NCBI RefSeq assembly: GCF_041886205.1
Contig: NZ_CP169029.1
Direction: 5' to 3' (one strand)
DNA: 64,000 nucleotides
Origin: Escherichia coli
Lineage (GTDB): Bacteria; Pseudomonadota; Gammaproteobacteria; Enterobacterales; Enterobacteriaceae
The first letter of the stretch is position 1; the number at the start of each line of letters is the position of its first letter. Below, piece by piece: positions 1 to 14,378 of the stretch. Under the pieces are notes generated by a model. That model saw only the letters and a program-made list of their open reading frames with translations, had not been told where the DNA came from and did no database searches. The position numbers and the translations under genes were made by a program.

Positions 1-388
1 GAAAGCTGCACCGGAAAATGCGGTGGCGAACGCTTACGATATGGTCATCAATGGTTACGAAGTGGGCGGTGGTTCAGTACGTATCCATAATGGTGATATG
101 CAGCAGACGGTGTTTGGTATTCTGGGTATCAACGAAGAGGAACAGCGCGAGAAATTCGGCTTCCTGCTCGACGCCCTGAAATACGGTACTCCGCCGCATG
201 CAGGTCTGGCATTCGGTCTTGACCGTCTGACCATGCTGCTGACCGGCACCGACAATATCCGTGACGTTATCGCCTTCCCGAAAACCACGGCGGCAGCGTG
301 TCTGATGACTGAAGCACCGAGCTTTGCTAACCCGACTGCACTGGCTGAGCTGAGCATTCAGGTTGTGAAGAAGGCTGAGAATAACTGA
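1..388 (+). CDS. aspS: aspartate--tRNA ligase, C-terminal fragment (5' end outside window)
   Basis: ORF runs in from the window edge; C-terminal class II aaRS motifs ([12 protein letters not shown]); synteny upstream of nudB. Confidence 0.9.
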
Positions 389-505
389 TATGACTCAAAT
401 ACACGAAATCATTCGCGTTGCATCAAGGCGGCAACTGAGTGAACTCCCATGAGCATAGATAACTATGTGAATGGGATGAGCGAAGGCAGTCAACGAAGAG
501 GCAGC

Positions 506-958
506 GTGAAGGATAAAGTGTATAAGCGTCCCGTTTCGATCTTAGTGGTCATCTATGCACAAGATACGAAACGGGTGCTGATGTTGCAGCGGCGTGATGA
601 CCCCGATTTCTGGCAGTCGGTAACCGGCAGCGTGGAAGAGGGGGAAACCGCGCCGCAAGCTGCCATGCGCGAAGTAAAGGAAGAGGTCACCATTGATGTT
701 GTCGCTGAACAACTGACCTTAATTGACTGTCAGCGCACGGTAGAGTTTGAAATTTTTTCACATTTACGTCATCGCTATGCGCCGGGCGTGACGCGTAATA
801 CGGAATCATGGTTCTGTCTTGCGCTTCCGCACGAGCGGCAGATCGTTTTCACTGAACATCTGGCTTACAAGTGGCTTGATGCGCCTGCTGCGGCGGCGCT
901 CACTAAGTCCTGGAGCAACCGGCAGGCGATTGAACAGTTTGTAATTAACGCTGCCTGA
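506..958 (+). CDS. nudB: dihydroneopterin triphosphate diphosphatase (Nudix)
   Basis: Nudix box ([21 protein letters not shown]); start placed at in-frame GTG to give the ~150 aa protein; track ORF starts further upstream at 449. Confidence 0.88.
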
Positions 959-986
959 ACAGGCAGGGCTATCTGGAGATATTTTT

Positions 987-1727
987 ATGGCAGGTCATAG
1001 TAAATGGGCCAACACCAGACATCGTAAAGCTGCGCAGGATGCTAAGCGCGGTAAAATCTTCACTAAAATCATTCGTGAGCTGGTAACCGCGGCTAAGCTG
1101 GGCGGTGGCGATCCGGACGCTAACCCGCGTCTGCGTGCAGCGGTGGATAAAGCACTGTCTAACAACATGACCCGTGACACACTGAACCGCGCAATTGCAC
1201 GTGGTGTGGGCGGTGATGATGATGCAAACATGGAAACCATCATCTACGAAGGTTACGGTCCTGGCGGCACGGCAATCATGATTGAATGTCTGTCTGACAA
1301 CCGCAACCGTACCGTTGCTGAAGTGCGTCATGCATTCAGCAAATGTGGCGGTAACCTCGGTACTGATGGTTCCGTAGCCTATCTGTTCAGCAAAAAAGGC
1401 GTCATCTCCTTCGAGAAAGGCGATGAAGACACCATCATGGAAGCAGCACTGGAAGCAGGTGCTGAAGACGTTGTGACCTATGATGACGGCGCGATTGACG
1501 TCTACACTGCATGGGAAGAGATGGGTAAAGTGCGCGACGCTCTGGAAGCGGCAGGTCTGAAAGCAGACAGCGCGGAAGTTTCCATGATCCCGTCCACCAA
1601 AGCTGATATGGATGCAGAAACCGCACCGAAACTGATGCGTCTGATCGATATGCTGGAAGATTGCGACGACGTGCAGGAAGTTTACCATAACGGTGAAATC
1701 TCTGATGAGGTTGCAGCGACTCTCTGA
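987..1727 (+). CDS. yebC: YebC/PmpR family transcriptional regulator
   Basis: 246 aa ORF, conserved YebC N-terminus [14 protein letters not shown]; immediately upstream of ruvC. Confidence 0.95.
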
Positions 1728-1758
1728 TGAGGCCTGCTAAACAGCAAAACGGAGACGC

Positions 1759-2283
1759 GTGATGGCTATTATTCTCGGCATTGACCCGGGTTCGCGCGTG
1801 ACCGGCTATGGCGTCATCCGCCAGGTAGGCAGGCAACTGTCCTACCTGGGTAGCGGATGCATACGCACCAAAGTGGATGATTTACCGTCTCGTCTGAAAC
1901 TCATCTATGCGGGCGTGACGGAAATCATCACCCAGTTCCAGCCTGATTATTTCGCCATTGAACAAGTCTTTATGGCGAAGAACGCTGACTCAGCCCTGAA
2001 ACTGGGGCAGGCGCGCGGCGTGGCGATTGTGGCGGCGGTGAATCAGGAATTGCCGGTATTTGAATACGCGGCACGTCAGGTAAAGCAAACGGTGGTAGGT
2101 ATTGGTAGTGCCGAAAAAAGCCAGGTGCAGCATATGGTGCGCACCCTGCTGAAACTTCCCGCTAACCCGCAGGCGGACGCCGCCGATGCGTTAGCTATCG
2201 CGATTACCCATTGTCACGTCAGCCAGAATGCGATGCAGATGAGCGAATCGCGTTTGAACCTGGCACGCGGGCGACTGCGCTAA
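1759..2283 (+). CDS. ruvC: Holliday junction resolvase RuvC
   Basis: 174 aa ORF, RuvC N-terminus [17 protein letters not shown]; true start may be the second ATG at 1762. Confidence 0.95.
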
Positions 2284-2287
2284 ATTA

Positions 2288-2887
2288 TCACGCCTCGGTC
2301 AGTTCAGGCAGAGGCGTTTCTACTCCTTGCGCATGAATTAATTCCAGGCCCGGATGGAGCCACAAACTCGCTGGCGTAACTGTTTTACGATCCCACGGAA
2401 TTGAGCCTAAAAACCAGAACTTCCAGAAGGTGAGCTTTGCATTCGGATTGATATTTAACAGTTGTCCAAACGTCTCTATTTCACCCACCGGAATACATAG
2501 CGCCTCTTTATAAATATCAAAGACAAATTTTGAACAGAACTGGCGGAAAGATTCGTATTTAAAACCGGTGTGGTAAAGTTTGCGTAGCCGGGAGGGAACC
2601 TGTTCAACAATTCGTTGTTTTTGTTGTTCTGTCAGCCCAGCGTCTAATCGCTTTATAGCATAGCGTTGATTAGAAGAACGTTTAATAAAACGAGATAGCG
2701 TGGTGATGGTTGAAAGGGGGACCCGGCTTTCTGCAACCAGGAAGTCTTCACCGTTATGACCGATAATGATCCCGACGTGATTACTCCAACAATTTGATGC
2801 AGCTGATATTTGACCAAATAAGGCAGCACCTATACATGTAAAGGCGATATCTCCAATTTCATATTCAGCAGGGTAATTAATATTCAC
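2288..2887 (-). CDS. yebB: YebB (DUF830, permuted papain-like family) protein
   Basis: Track ORF 2288..2986; I place the start at an internal GTG to give ~199 aa as I recall for K-12 YebB; start uncertain. Confidence 0.75.
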   Translation of the reverse strand: MNINYPAEYEIGDIAFTCIGAALFGQISAASNCWSNHVGIIIGHNGEDFLVAESRVPLSTITTLSRFIKRSSNQRYAIKRLDAGLTEQQKQRIVEQVPSRLRKLYHTGFKYESFRQFCSKFVFDIYKEALCIPVGEIETFGQLLNINPNAKLTFWKFWFLGSIPWDRKTVTPASLWLHPGLELIHAQGVETPLPELTEA

Positions 2888-3094
2888 GTTGTCATTCCAT
2901 TGAAATAGATACGAATATACGTAATAGCATAAAAAATTTATTTTTTCAGGAGGCGCAATGTATATTTTTATTACGCATTTTTTCACTGAATATGTAATAT
3001 TAAAATATTTGCTTCCAAAATAACCTGTAGAATAAATTATACTGTGCCATTTTTCAGATCATCGAGACACCTCGCAAGTTTTCTTCATCCTTCG

Positions 3095-3110
3095 CTGGAT
3101 ATCTATCCAG
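3095..3110 (+). promoter_or_regulatory. LexA (SOS) box upstream of ruvAB
   Basis: CTGGATATCTATCCAG fits CTG-N10-CAG about 50 bp upstream of ruvA; ruvAB is a known SOS operon. Confidence 0.7.
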
Positions 3111-3161
3111 CATTTTTTTATCATACAGCATTATCTTTGATTCATTACGCAGGAGCGTCAT

Positions 3162-3773
3162 GTGATAGGCAGACTCAGAGGCATCATCATTGAAAAACAA
3201 CCCCCGCTGGTGTTAATTGAAGTGGGCGGCGTAGGCTATGAAGTGCATATGCCGATGACCTGTTTTTATGAACTCCCTGAAGCGGGACAGGAAGCGATCG
3301 TTTTCACCCACTTTGTGGTGCGTGAAGACGCGCAGCTGCTGTACGGTTTTAACAATAAACAAGAGCGCACGTTGTTCAAAGAGTTGATCAAAACCAACGG
3401 CGTCGGCCCGAAGTTGGCGCTGGCGATCCTCTCCGGAATGTCAGCGCAGCAGTTCGTTAATGCCGTTGAGCGTGAAGAAGTGGGGGCGCTGGTGAAACTG
3501 CCGGGTATTGGCAAAAAAACCGCCGAACGCTTGATTGTTGAAATGAAAGACCGATTTAAAGGTCTGCATGGCGATCTCTTTACGCCAGCCGCCGATCTGG
3601 TGCTCACGTCGCCTGCCAGCCCGGCAACCAACGATGCTGAACAGGAAGCGGTTGCTGCGCTGGTGGCGCTGGGCTATAAACCACAAGAAGCCAGCCGCAT
3701 GGTGAGCAAAATCGCTCGCCCTGACGCCAGCAGTGAAACATTAATTCGCGAAGCCCTACGCGCCGCGTTATGA
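3162..3773 (+). CDS. ruvA: Holliday junction branch migration complex subunit RuvA
   Basis: 203 aa ORF with the RuvA sequence. Confidence 0.96.
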   Translation: MIGRLRGIIIEKQPPLVLIEVGGVGYEVHMPMTCFYELPEAGQEAIVFTHFVVREDAQLLYGFNNKQERTLFKELIKTNGVGPKLALAILSGMSAQQFVNAVEREEVGALVKLPGIGKKTAERLIVEMKDRFKGLHGDLFTPAADLVLTSPASPATNDAEQEAVAALVALGYKPQEASRMVSKIARPDASSETLIREALRAAL

Positions 3774-3778
3774 GGTAA

Positions 3779-4792
<1,014 letters not shown>

Positions 4793-4794
4793 GT

Positions 4795-4925
4795 CGGATT
4801 GGTCGCTCGCACCGCATCCGAAATTGGCAGTGTGCCTGATGCGACGCTATTCGCGTCTTATCCGGCCAGCCAGAGATAGCGAACCGTAGGTCGGATAAGG
4901 CGCTCGCGCCGCATCCGACAAATGT
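4795..4925. repeat. REP (repetitive extragenic palindromic) elements
   Basis: Two or more palindromic units of the GCCTGATGCGACGCT...GCGTCTTATCCGGCC type between the convergent ruvB and znuB. Confidence 0.7.
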
Positions 4926-4938
4926 GTTCAGCGATAGA

Positions 4939-5724
4939 TTAGCTGGCCTGCTTTTTCATCATACTGAGAATAAATAACAGTGCCGCACATAGCACCACCG
5001 ACGGACCAGCCGGCGTATCGTAAAATGCGGAAAAGGTTAAACCGCCAGTCACTGCCACCATCCCCACCAAAACAGCGACACCAGCCATCTGTTCCGGCGT
5101 ACGGGCAAAGCGACGCGCAGTAGCTGCAGGAATAATCAGCAACGAAGTAATAATCAACGCACCGACAAATTTCATCGCTACACCAATCGTCAATGCCGTC
5201 ACCAGCATCAACAACAATTTCACGCGCTGTAATTTCACACCATCAACAAACGCCAGATCCGGGCTAATCGTCATCGACAGCAAATTGCGCCATTGCCAGA
5301 ACAAAATAGCCACCACGATGACCACGCCAATGGCGATGGAGATGAGATCTTCCGGCGTCACTGCCAGCAAATCACCGAACAAGTAAGCCATCAAATCAAC
5401 ACGAATATTAGACATCAGACTAACGACCACCAGGCCCAGCGACAGGGCACTGTGCGCCATAATCCCTAATAACGTGTCGATCGCCAGCTGTGGACGCTTC
5501 TCCAGCCATACCAGACCGCCCGCCAGCAGCAGCGTAACGGCAATCACCGCATAGAATGGATTCACGTCCAGCAACAAACCAAACGCGACGCCAAGTAATG
5601 AGGCATGAGCCAGCGTATCACCGAAATAAGACATACGACGCCAGACTACAAACGAACCCAGCGGACCCGCGGCACAGGCGAGCATGATCCCGGCTAACCA
5701 ACCGGGAAATAATAATTCAATCAT
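4939..5724 (-). CDS. znuB: zinc ABC transporter permease
   Basis: 261 aa polytopic membrane ORF; 4 bp overlap with znuC. Confidence 0.95.
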   Translation of the reverse strand: MIELLFPGWLAGIMLACAAGPLGSFVVWRRMSYFGDTLAHASLLGVAFGLLLDVNPFYAVIAVTLLLAGGLVWLEKRPQLAIDTLLGIMAHSALSLGLVVVSLMSNIRVDLMAYLFGDLLAVTPEDLISIAIGVVIVVAILFWQWRNLLSMTISPDLAFVDGVKLQRVKLLLMLVTALTIGVAMKFVGALIITSLLIIPAATARRFARTPEQMAGVAVLVGMVAVTGGLTFSAFYDTPAGPSVVLCAALLFILSMMKKQAS

Positions 5725-6476
5725 GAGCGATCATTTCCCCGACGCAAAACAATTCGTCCCTGTAAATCGTGACGATGGTTATGATGATGGCGATAGATAC
5801 CCAGTTGTTCAGCACCATGAGGACCAAACATTGAAATAAACTCCGGATGCAGGGAAACAACTTCCGGTGTGCCGGAACAACAAATGTGGTGATTCAGGCA
5901 CAGCACTTCATCGGTTTTTGCCATCACCAGATGCAGATCGTGAGAAACCATTAAAACGCCACAATCCAGTTCACGACGCAGTTGGTCAATAAGGTCATAT
6001 AACGCCACCTGGCCATTTACATCCACGCCTTGAGTGGGTTCATCCAGCACTAATAATTGCGGGCGATTTAACAATGCTCGCGCTAACAGTACACGCTGCG
6101 TTTCGCCACCAGAGAGCTTTTGCATCGGTGCGTTAATCAGGTGCCCGGCATGGACACGTTTCAGTGCAGGCAAAATATCTTCTTTATGTGTACCAGGGCG
6201 TAAGCGTAAAAAACGGTTTACGGTCAGTGGCAACGTGGTGTCGAGATACAGCTTCTGCGGTACATAGCCGATGCGCAGTTTTCCGTTGCGCTTGATAACC
6301 CCTTCATCGGGTGTTACCAGCCCGAGCACTACCCGTACCAGTGTCGACTTACCTGCGCCATTTGGCCCAAGTAAAGTCAAAATTTTTCCAGGTTTAAGTT
6401 CCAGCGACACATCAGAGAGGACGCGGCGTTGGCCAAAAGAAACCGAGACATTTTCCAGGGAAACCAGACTTGTCAT
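5721..6476 (-). CDS. znuC: zinc ABC transporter ATP-binding protein
   Basis: 251 aa; Walker [10 protein letters not shown] and ABC signature LSGGETQR. Confidence 0.95.
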
Positions 6477-6502
6477 GTTAATTTTAGTCTTGCAGTAGTC
6501 AT

Positions 6503-6525
6503 GAAATGTTATAATATCACACTTC
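6503..6525. promoter_or_regulatory. Zur operator in the divergent znuA / znuCB promoter
   Basis: GAAATGTTATAATATCACACTTC, an AT-rich palindrome-like site between the divergent genes, matching the known Zur box. Confidence 0.65.
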
Positions 6526-6554
6526 TCATATTCATTACGATGATTGGTCGCATT

Positions 6555-7487
6555 ATGTTACATAAAAAAACGCTTCTTTTCGCAGCATTATCCGCCGCTC
6601 TCTGGGGAGGTGCAACACAGGCCGCAGATGCCGCCGTTGTCGCTTCGCTTAAACCCGTTGGGTTCATCGCTTCTGCCATTGCTGATGGGGTAACAGAAAC
6701 AGAGGTTTTACTTCCTGACGGCGCTTCAGAACATGATTATTCACTGCGCCCATCGGATGTAAAACGCTTACAGAACGCGGACTTAGTCGTTTGGGTTGGC
6801 CCGGAGATGGAAGCGTTTATGCAAAAACCGGTAAGCAAATTACCAGGAGCGAAGCAGGTAACGATTGCGCAGCTTGAAGATGTGAAACCGCTACTGATGA
6901 AAAGTATTCACGGCGATGATGATGATCACGACCACGCGGAAAAAAGTGACGAAGATCACCATCACGGCGATTTCAACATGCATCTTTGGCTTTCCCCAGA
7001 GATAGCGCGGGCTACAGCGGTTGCAATCCATGGAAAATTAGTGGAACTTATGCCGCAAAGTCGAGCCAAACTTGACGCCAACCTGAAGGATTTTGAGGCA
7101 CAATTAGCCTCAACCGAAACGCAGGTTGGTAACGAGCTCGCGCCGCTCAAGGGGAAAGGTTATTTCGTTTTTCACGATGCTTACGGCTATTTCGAAAAAC
7201 AGTTTGGACTGACACCGCTTGGTCATTTTACCGTTAACCCTGAGATTCAACCTGGCGCGCAGCGTTTACATGAAATAAGAACACAGTTGGTTGAGCAAAA
7301 AGCAACCTGCGTTTTTGCTGAGCCACAGTTCAGGCCAGCGGTCGTTGAGAGCGTCGCACGAGGGACATCCGTTCGTATGGGAACGTTGGATCCCCTGGGG
7401 ACGAATATCAAACTGGGTAAAACAAGCTATTCAGAATTCCTGAGTCAATTAGCCAACCAGTATGCGAGCTGCCTGAAAGGAGATTAA
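6555..7487 (+). CDS. znuA: zinc ABC transporter periplasmic binding protein
   Basis: Start set at [23 protein letters not shown] (signal peptide); His/Asp-rich loop; track ORF extends upstream across the promoter. Confidence 0.92.
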
Positions 7488-7502
7488 TGAGGAAGTGATT
7501 AC

Positions 7503-8825
7503 GTGCAACAGATAGCCCGCTCTGTCGCCCTGGCGTTTAATAATTTACCGCGACCACACCGCGTTATGTTGGGGTCGCTCACCGTTCTTACTCTGGCCGT
7601 CGCTGTCTGGCGGCCTTATGTTTATCACCGTGATGCCACGCCAATTGTCAAAACCATTGAGCTGGAACAGAACGAAATTCGTTCGCTCTTACCTGAAGCC
7701 AGTGAGCCGATTGATCAAGCTGCACAAGAAGATGAAGCCATTCCCCAGGACGAACTGGATGACAAAATCGCCGGTGAAGCGGGCGTGCATGAATATGTTG
7801 TTTCCACTGGCGATACGCTAAGCAGCATTCTCAATCAGTATGGTATTGATATGGGTGATATCACCCAACTGGCTGCGGCCGACAAAGAATTGCGTAACCT
7901 GAAAATCGGTCAACAACTCTCCTGGACATTAACCGCGGACGGCGAACTGCAGCGCCTCACCTGGGAAGTGTCTCGTCGTGAAACCCGAACCTATGACCGT
8001 ACTGCCGCTAACGGTTTTAAAATGACCAGCGAAATGCAGCAAGGAGAGTGGGTTAACAATCTGCTGAAAGGTACCGTCGGGGGAAGCTTTGTTGCCAGCG
8101 CCAGAAACGCCGGTTTAACCAGCGCCGAAGTGAGCGCAGTGATTAAAGCCATGCAGTGGCAAATGGATTTCCGCAAACTGAAAAAAGGCGATGAATTTGC
8201 GGTGTTAATGTCTCGAGAAATGCTTGATGGTAAACGTGAGCAAAGCCAGCTGCTGGGCGTACGTTTGCGTTCAGAAGGTAAAGATTATTACGCTATCCGC
8301 GCTGAAGATGGCAAATTCTACGATCGTAACGGTACTGGTCTGGCGAAAGGATTCTTGCGATTCCCGACGGCGAAACAGTTCCGTATCTCGTCTAACTTTA
8401 ACCCGCGTCGTACTAATCCGGTGACCGGTCGCGTTGCACCACACAGAGGTGTTGATTTCGCCATGCCGCAGGGTACGCCAGTGCTTTCAGTGGGTGACGG
8501 TGAAGTGGTGGTTGCCAAACGCAGTGGCGCAGCAGGTTATTATGTGGCTATTCGTCATGGTCGCAGCTACACCACGCGTTATATGCACTTGCGCAAGATT
8601 CTGGTGAAACCGGGACAGAAGGTGAAACGTGGCGACCGTATCGCGCTTTCCGGTAATACCGGACGTTCAACCGGGCCGCATCTGCACTATGAAGTATGGA
8701 TAAACCAGCAGGCCGTAAACCCGCTGACGGCAAAACTGCCGCGTACCGAAGGGCTGACCGGCTCCGATCGTCGCGAATTCCTGGCGCAGGCCAAAGAGAT
8801 TGTGCCGCAGCTACGGTTTGATTAA
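7503..8825 (+). CDS. mepM: murein DD-endopeptidase (LysM + M23 peptidase)
   Basis: 440 aa; M23 HxxxD/HxH motifs near the C-terminus; GTG start. Confidence 0.93.
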
Positions 8826-8841
8826 TTAACATCCATTCGCA

Positions 8842-8872
8842 GCCGGTACGCAGTCAGTACCGGCTTTTTTTA
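8842..8872 (+). terminator. intrinsic terminator after mepM
   Basis: GCCGGTAC-loop-GTACCGGC stem followed by a T-run. Confidence 0.6.
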
Positions 8873-8944
8873 TTTGGTGCGGGGCAAGTTGCGCCGCTAC
8901 ACTATCACCAGATTGATTTTTGCCTTATCCGAAACTGGAAAAGC

Positions 8945-9916
8945 ATGGAAACGAAAAAAAATAATAGCGAATACATTCCTGAGTTTGATAAATCCTTTCG
9001 CCACCCGCGCTACTGGGGAGCATGGCTGGGCGTAGCAGCGATGGCGGGTATCGCTTTAACGCCGCCAAAGTTCCGTGATCCCATTCTGGCACGGCTGGGA
9101 CGTTTTGCCGGACGACTGGGAAAAAGCTCACGCCGTCGTGCGTTAATCAATCTGTCGCTCTGCTTTCCAGAACGTAGTGAAGCTGAACGCGAAGCGATTG
9201 TTGATGAGATGTTTGCCACCGCGCCGCAAGCGATGGCAATGATGGCTGAGTTGGCAATACGCGGGCCGGAGAAAATTCAGCCGCGCGTTGACTGGCAAGG
9301 GCTGGAGATCATCGAAGAGATGCGGCGTAATAACGAGAAAGTTATCTTTCTGGTGCCGCACGGTTGGGCCGTCGATATTCCTGCCATGCTGATGGCCTCG
9401 CAAGGGCAGAAAATGGCAGCGATGTTCCATAATCAGGGCAACCCGGTTTTTGATTATGTCTGGAACACGGTGCGTCGTCGCTTTGGCGGTCGTCTGCATG
9501 CGAGAAATGACGGTATTAAACCATTCATCCAGTCGGTACGTCAGGGGTACTGGGGATATTATTTACCCGATCAGGATCATGGCCCAGAGCACAGCGAATT
9601 TGTGGATTTCTTTGCCACCTATAAAGCGACGTTGCCCGCGATTGGTCGTTTGATGAAAGTGTGCCGTGCGCGCGTTGTACCGCTGTTTCCGATTTATGAT
9701 GGCAAGACGCATCGTCTGACGATTCAGGTGCGCCCACCGATGGATGATCTGTTAGAGGCGGATGATCATACGATTGCGCGGCGGATGAATGAAGAAGTCG
9801 AGATTTTTGTTGGTCCGCGACCAGAACAATACACCTGGATACTAAAATTGCTGAAAACTCGCAAACCGGGCGAAATCCAGCCGTATAAGCGCAAAGATCT
9901 TTATCCCATCAAATAA
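8945..9916 (+). CDS. lpxM: lipid A myristoyl acyltransferase
   Basis: 323 aa ORF matching LpxM (MsbB); synteny. Confidence 0.95.
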
Positions 9917-9939
9917 AAAAGCCTCTCGCGAGGAGAGGC
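9914..9939 (-). terminator. stem-loop with flanking A/T runs, likely pykA terminator
   Basis: AAAAAAGCCTCTC-GCGAG-GAGAGGC; gives a T-run on the minus strand. Confidence 0.5.
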
Positions 9940-10009
9940 CTTCGCCTGATGATAAGTTCAAGTTTGCTTCAGAATATTCGAAATCTGTTGAACTATCATT
10001 GAACTGTAA

Positions 10010-10040
10010 GCCGGATGTGGAGTTTTCGCCGCATCCGGCA
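10010..10040. repeat. REP-like palindromic unit
   Basis: GCCGGATGTGGAGTTTTCGCCGCATCCGGC palindrome in the lpxM-pykA intergenic region. Confidence 0.5.
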
Positions 10041-10046
10041 ACGTAC

Positions 10047-11489
10047 TTACTCTACCGTTAAAATACGCGTGGTATTAGTAGAACCCACGGTACTCATCAC
10101 GTCGCCCTGGGTGACAATCACCAGGTCACCAGACATCAAGTAACCTTTATCGCGCAGCAGATTAACCGCTTCGCTGGCAGCTGCTACGCCGTCATTAGCG
10201 CTATCAAAGTGCACCGGCGTAACGCCACGATAGAGAGCAGTCAGGTTCAGCGTACGTTCATGGCGCGACATGGCGAAAATTGGTAGACCAGAGCTGATAC
10301 GGGAGGTCATCAGCGCGGTACGACCCGATTCGGTCATGGTAATGATCGCCGTAACGCCTTTCAGGTGGTTAGCTGCGTACATTGCTGACATGGCAATAGC
10401 TTCTTCCACATTGTCGAACTGAACGTCCAGACGGTGTTTAGAAACGTTGATGCTCGGGATTTTTTCCGCACCCAGGCAAACGCGCGCCATGGCTGCAACG
10501 GTTTCTGAAGGATACTGACCAGCGGCAGTTTCTGCAGACAGCATCACAGCGTCAGTACCATCCAGAACGGCGTTTGCTACGTCCATGACTTCTGCACGCG
10601 TCGGCATCGGGTTAGTAATCATTGACTCCATCATCTGGGTCGCCGTGATTACTGCGCGGTTAAGCTGACGCGCACGACGGATCAACGCTTTCTGAATGCC
10701 GACCAGTTCCGGATCGCCAATTTCCACACCAAGGTCGCCGCGTGCAACCATTACCACGTCAGAGGCGAGGATGATGTCATCCATTGCATCCTGGCTGCAA
10801 ACGGCTTCCGCACGTTCAACCTTGGCAACAATTTTCGCATCACATCCTGCATCGCGTGCCAGGCGACGGGCATAGTTCAGATCTTCGCCGCAGCGTGGGA
10901 AGGAGACAGCCAGGTAATCAACGCCAATCAACGCCGCAGTTTTAATGTCTGCTTTGTCTTTTTCGGTCAGCGCTTCAGCCGACAAACCGCCGCCAAGTTT
11001 GTTGATACCTTTATTGTTGGAGAGGGGGCCACCGACGGTGACTTCGGTGAACACTTTCATGCCCTGAACTTCCAGTACTTTTAACTGTACGCGACCATCG
11101 TCCAGCAGCAGGATGTCACCAGGCACGACGTCAGCAGGCAGGCCTTTGTAGTCGATACCGACTTTTTCTTTGTCGCCTTCACCTTTACCCAGGTTGGCGT
11201 CGAGCAGGAATTTATCCCCAATATTGAGGAAAACTTTGCCTTCTTTAAAGGTGGATACACGGATTTTGGGCCCCTGGAGGTCACCCAGAATAGCCACATG
11301 ACGCCCCAGTTTTGCGGCAATCTCACGAACTTTATCCGCGCGCATTTTGTGATCTTCAGGCGAGCCGTGAGAAAAGTTCATACGTACAACGTTGGCACCC
11401 GCCGCGATAACTTTTTCAAGGTTATTATCGCGATCTGTTGCTGGGCCTAACGTGGTAACGATTTTTGTTCTGCGAAGCCTTCTGGACAT
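10047..11489 (-). CDS. pykA: pyruvate kinase II
   Basis: Start set at [19 protein letters not shown] (480 aa); track ORF extends 47 codons upstream. Confidence 0.95.
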
Positions 11490-11616
11490 GTAATACTCCG
11501 TTGACTGAAACAACCAGGTGTTGCTTGAACATGAAATCCGAATGAAATAACGCCGCGATGGCGATAAATTAATCGCATTCGGATGTCGTATAAGATTAGG
11601 ACAGTGACAGTCGCTT

Positions 11617-12486
11617 TTAGCGATCGTCACTTAAATTAAGTAACTGCTTATCAAAACGCGATTCCTTCAGCGCTTCCTTGACCCGCTTCAAGTTATCTCT
11701 GAATTTTGCACCGCGTCGCAAAGTAAATCCTGTAGCCAGCACATCTATCACGGTCAGCTGTGCAAGTCGAGAAACCATGGGCATATAAATGTCAGTATCT
11801 TCCGGTACGTCGAGGGTAATTGCCAGCGTTGCTTCCCGGGCGAGCGGGGTACCCGCAGAGGTGAGGGCAATCACCATGGCGTCGTTTTCGCGTGCCAGCT
11901 GCGCCAGCTCGACCAGATTTTTTGTTCTTCCGGTGTGAGAAATCAGCACCACCACGTCTCCGTCGCTACAATTCATACAACTCATGCGTTGCAGCACAAT
12001 ATCATCGGAGTACACCACCGGAACATTAAAACGAAAGAACTTATTCATCGCATCGTGGGCAACGGCGGCTGAAGAGCCTAATCCGAAAAAGGCGATTTTT
12101 TTTGCCTGAGTGAGCAAGTCGACGGCGCGGTTGATGGCAGATTTATCCAGTGAATGACGGACATGATCGAGCGTTGCCATTGCGGACTCAAATATTTTCC
12201 CCGTGTATGATTCTACGCTGTCATCTTCATTGACGTTGCGATTAACATAGGGAGTGCCATTCGCCAGACTTTGTGCCAGATGAAGTTTAAAATCAGGAAA
12301 ACCGCGCGTGTCCATGCTGCGACAGAAACGATTCACCGTCGGTTCGCTAACATTGGCTTCCAGCGCCAGAGCAGCAATACTCGAATGGATCGCGTTATCG
12401 GGCGAAGCCAGAATGACCTCGGCAACTTTGCGCTCTGATTTGCTCAAATGTTCCAGCTGAGACTGGATTTTTTCCAGCATATTCAT
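11617..12486 (-). CDS. hexR: RpiR-family regulator HexR (HTH + SIS domain)
   Basis: 289 aa ORF; divergent from zwf as in the known regulon. Confidence 0.93.
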
Positions 12487-12823
12487 GATGTAAAGAGACT
12501 CACGGGTAATGACGATTTCCGCACTGAAAGAAATCGAAATGCAGTTTTGTCAGATATTACGCCTGTGTGCTGTGTTAATGACAAAAGCAGATAAAAAAGT
12601 TGTTATTTTTTTTCATAACATGATCAGTGTCAGATTTTTACCCAATGGAAAACGATGATTTTTTTATCAGTTTTGCCGCACTTTGCGCGCTTTTACCGTA
12701 ATCGCACGGGTGGATAAGCGTTTACAGTTTTCGCAAGCTCGTAAAAGCAGTACAGTGCACCGTAAGAAAATTACAAGTATACCCTGGCTTAAGTACCGGG
12801 TTAGTTAACTTAAGGAGAATGAC

Positions 12824-14299
12824 ATGGCGGTAACGCAAACAGCCCAGGCCTGTGACCTGGTCATTTTCGGCGCGAAAGGCGACCTTGCGCGTCGTAAATT
12901 GCTGCCTTCCCTGTATCAACTGGAAAAAGCCGGTCAGCTCAACCCGGACACCCGGATTATCGGCGTAGGGCGTGCTGACTGGGATAAAGCGGCATATACC
13001 AAAGTTGTCCGCGAGGCGCTCGAAACTTTCATGAAAGAAACCATTGATGAAGGTTTATGGGACACCCTGAGTGCACGTCTGGATTTTTGTAATCTCGATG
13101 TCAATGACACTGCTGCATTCAGCCGTCTCGGCGCGATGCTGGATCAAAAAAATCGTATCACCATTAACTACTTTGCCATGCCGCCCAGCACTTTTGGCGC
13201 AATTTGCAAAGGGCTTGGCGAGGCAAAACTGAATGCTAAACCGGCACGCGTAGTCATGGAGAAACCGCTGGGGACGTCGCTGGCGACCTCGCAGGAAATC
13301 AATGATCAGGTTGGCGAATACTTCGAGGAGTGCCAGGTTTACCGTATCGACCACTATCTTGGTAAAGAAACGGTGCTGAACCTGTTGGCGCTGCGTTTTG
13401 CTAACTCCCTGTTTGTGAATAACTGGGACAATCGCACCATTGATCATGTTGAGATTACCGTGGCAGAAGAAGTGGGGATCGAAGGGCGCTGGGGCTATTT
13501 TGATAAAGCCGGTCAGATGCGCGACATGATCCAGAACCACCTGCTGCAAATTCTTTGCATGATTGCGATGTCTCCGCCGTCTGACCTGAGCGCAGACAGC
13601 ATCCGCGATGAAAAAGTGAAAGTACTGAAGTCTCTGCGCCGCATCGACCGCTCCAACGTACGCGAAAAAACCGTACGCGGGCAATATACTGCGGGCTTCG
13701 CCCAGGGCAAAAAAGTGCCGGGATATCTGGAAGAAGAGGGCGCGAACAAGAGCAGCAATACAGAAACCTTCGTGGCGATCCGCGTCGACATTGATAACTG
13801 GCGCTGGGCCGGTGTGCCATTCTACCTGCGTACTGGTAAACGTCTGCCGACCAAATGTTCTGAAGTCGTGGTCTATTTCAAAACACCTGAACTGAATCTG
13901 TTTAAAGAGTCGTGGCAGGATCTGCCGCAGAATAAACTGACTATCCGTCTGCAACCTGATGAAGGCGTGGATATCCAGGTACTGAATAAAGTTCCTGGCC
14001 TTGACCACAAACATAACCTGCAAATCACCAAGCTGGATCTGAGCTATTCAGAAACCTTTAATCAGACGCATCTGGCGGATGCCTATGAACGTTTGCTGCT
14101 GGAAACCATGCGTGGTATTCAGGCACTGTTTGTACGTCGCGACGAAGTGGAAGAAGCCTGGAAATGGGTAGACTCCATTACTGAGGCGTGGGCGATGGAC
14201 AATGATGCGCCGAAACCGTATCAGGCCGGAACCTGGGGACCCGTTGCCTCGGTGGCGATGATTACCCGTGATGGTCGTTCCTGGAATGAGTTTGAGTAA
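12824..14299 (+). CDS. zwf: glucose-6-phosphate 1-dehydrogenase
   Basis: 491 aa; NADP-binding [11 protein letters not shown] and active-site RIDHYLGKE motifs. Confidence 0.97.
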   Translation: MAVTQTAQACDLVIFGAKGDLARRKLLPSLYQLEKAGQLNPDTRIIGVGRADWDKAAYTKVVREALETFMKETIDEGLWDTLSARLDFCNLDVNDTAAFSRLGAMLDQKNRITINYFAMPPSTFGAICKGLGEAKLNAKPARVVMEKPLGTSLATSQEINDQVGEYFEECQVYRIDHYLGKETVLNLLALRFANSLFVNNWDNRTIDHVEITVAEEVGIEGRWGYFDKAGQMRDMIQNHLLQILCMIAMSPPSDLSADSIRDEKVKVLKSLRRIDRSNVREKTVRGQYTAGFAQGKKVPGYLEEEGANKSSNTETFVAIRVDIDNWRWAGVPFYLRTGKRLPTKCSEVVVYFKTPELNLFKESWQDLPQNKLTIRLQPDEGVDIQVLNKVPGLDHKHNLQITKLDLSYSETFNQTHLADAYERLLLETMRGIQALFVRRDEVEEAWKWVDSITEAWAMDNDAPKPYQAGTWGPVASVAMITRDGRSWNEFE

Positions 14300-14378
14300 T
14301 ATCTGCGCTTATCCTTTATGGTTATTTTACCGGTAACATGATCTTGCACAGATTGTAGAACAATTTTTACACTTTCAG

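Noticed and set aside
969-1688. 239 aa ORF antisense to yebC
   Set aside because: Antisense to the conserved yebC frame; Cys/His-rich low-complexity translation typical of reverse-frame artefacts
6429-6554. N-terminal extension of the znuA track ORF (and similar extensions for pykA, prc, yebQ, letB, exoX, holE, msrC, pdeD, yoaB)
   Set aside because: The extensions cross promoters/operators or precede obvious signal peptides; starts were trimmed to the positions that give the protein lengths I recall for K-12
13055-14023. 322 aa ORF on the minus strand inside zwf
   Set aside because: Entirely antisense to a highly conserved enzyme gene, with no signal peptide or recognisable motif; a by-product of zwf codon bias
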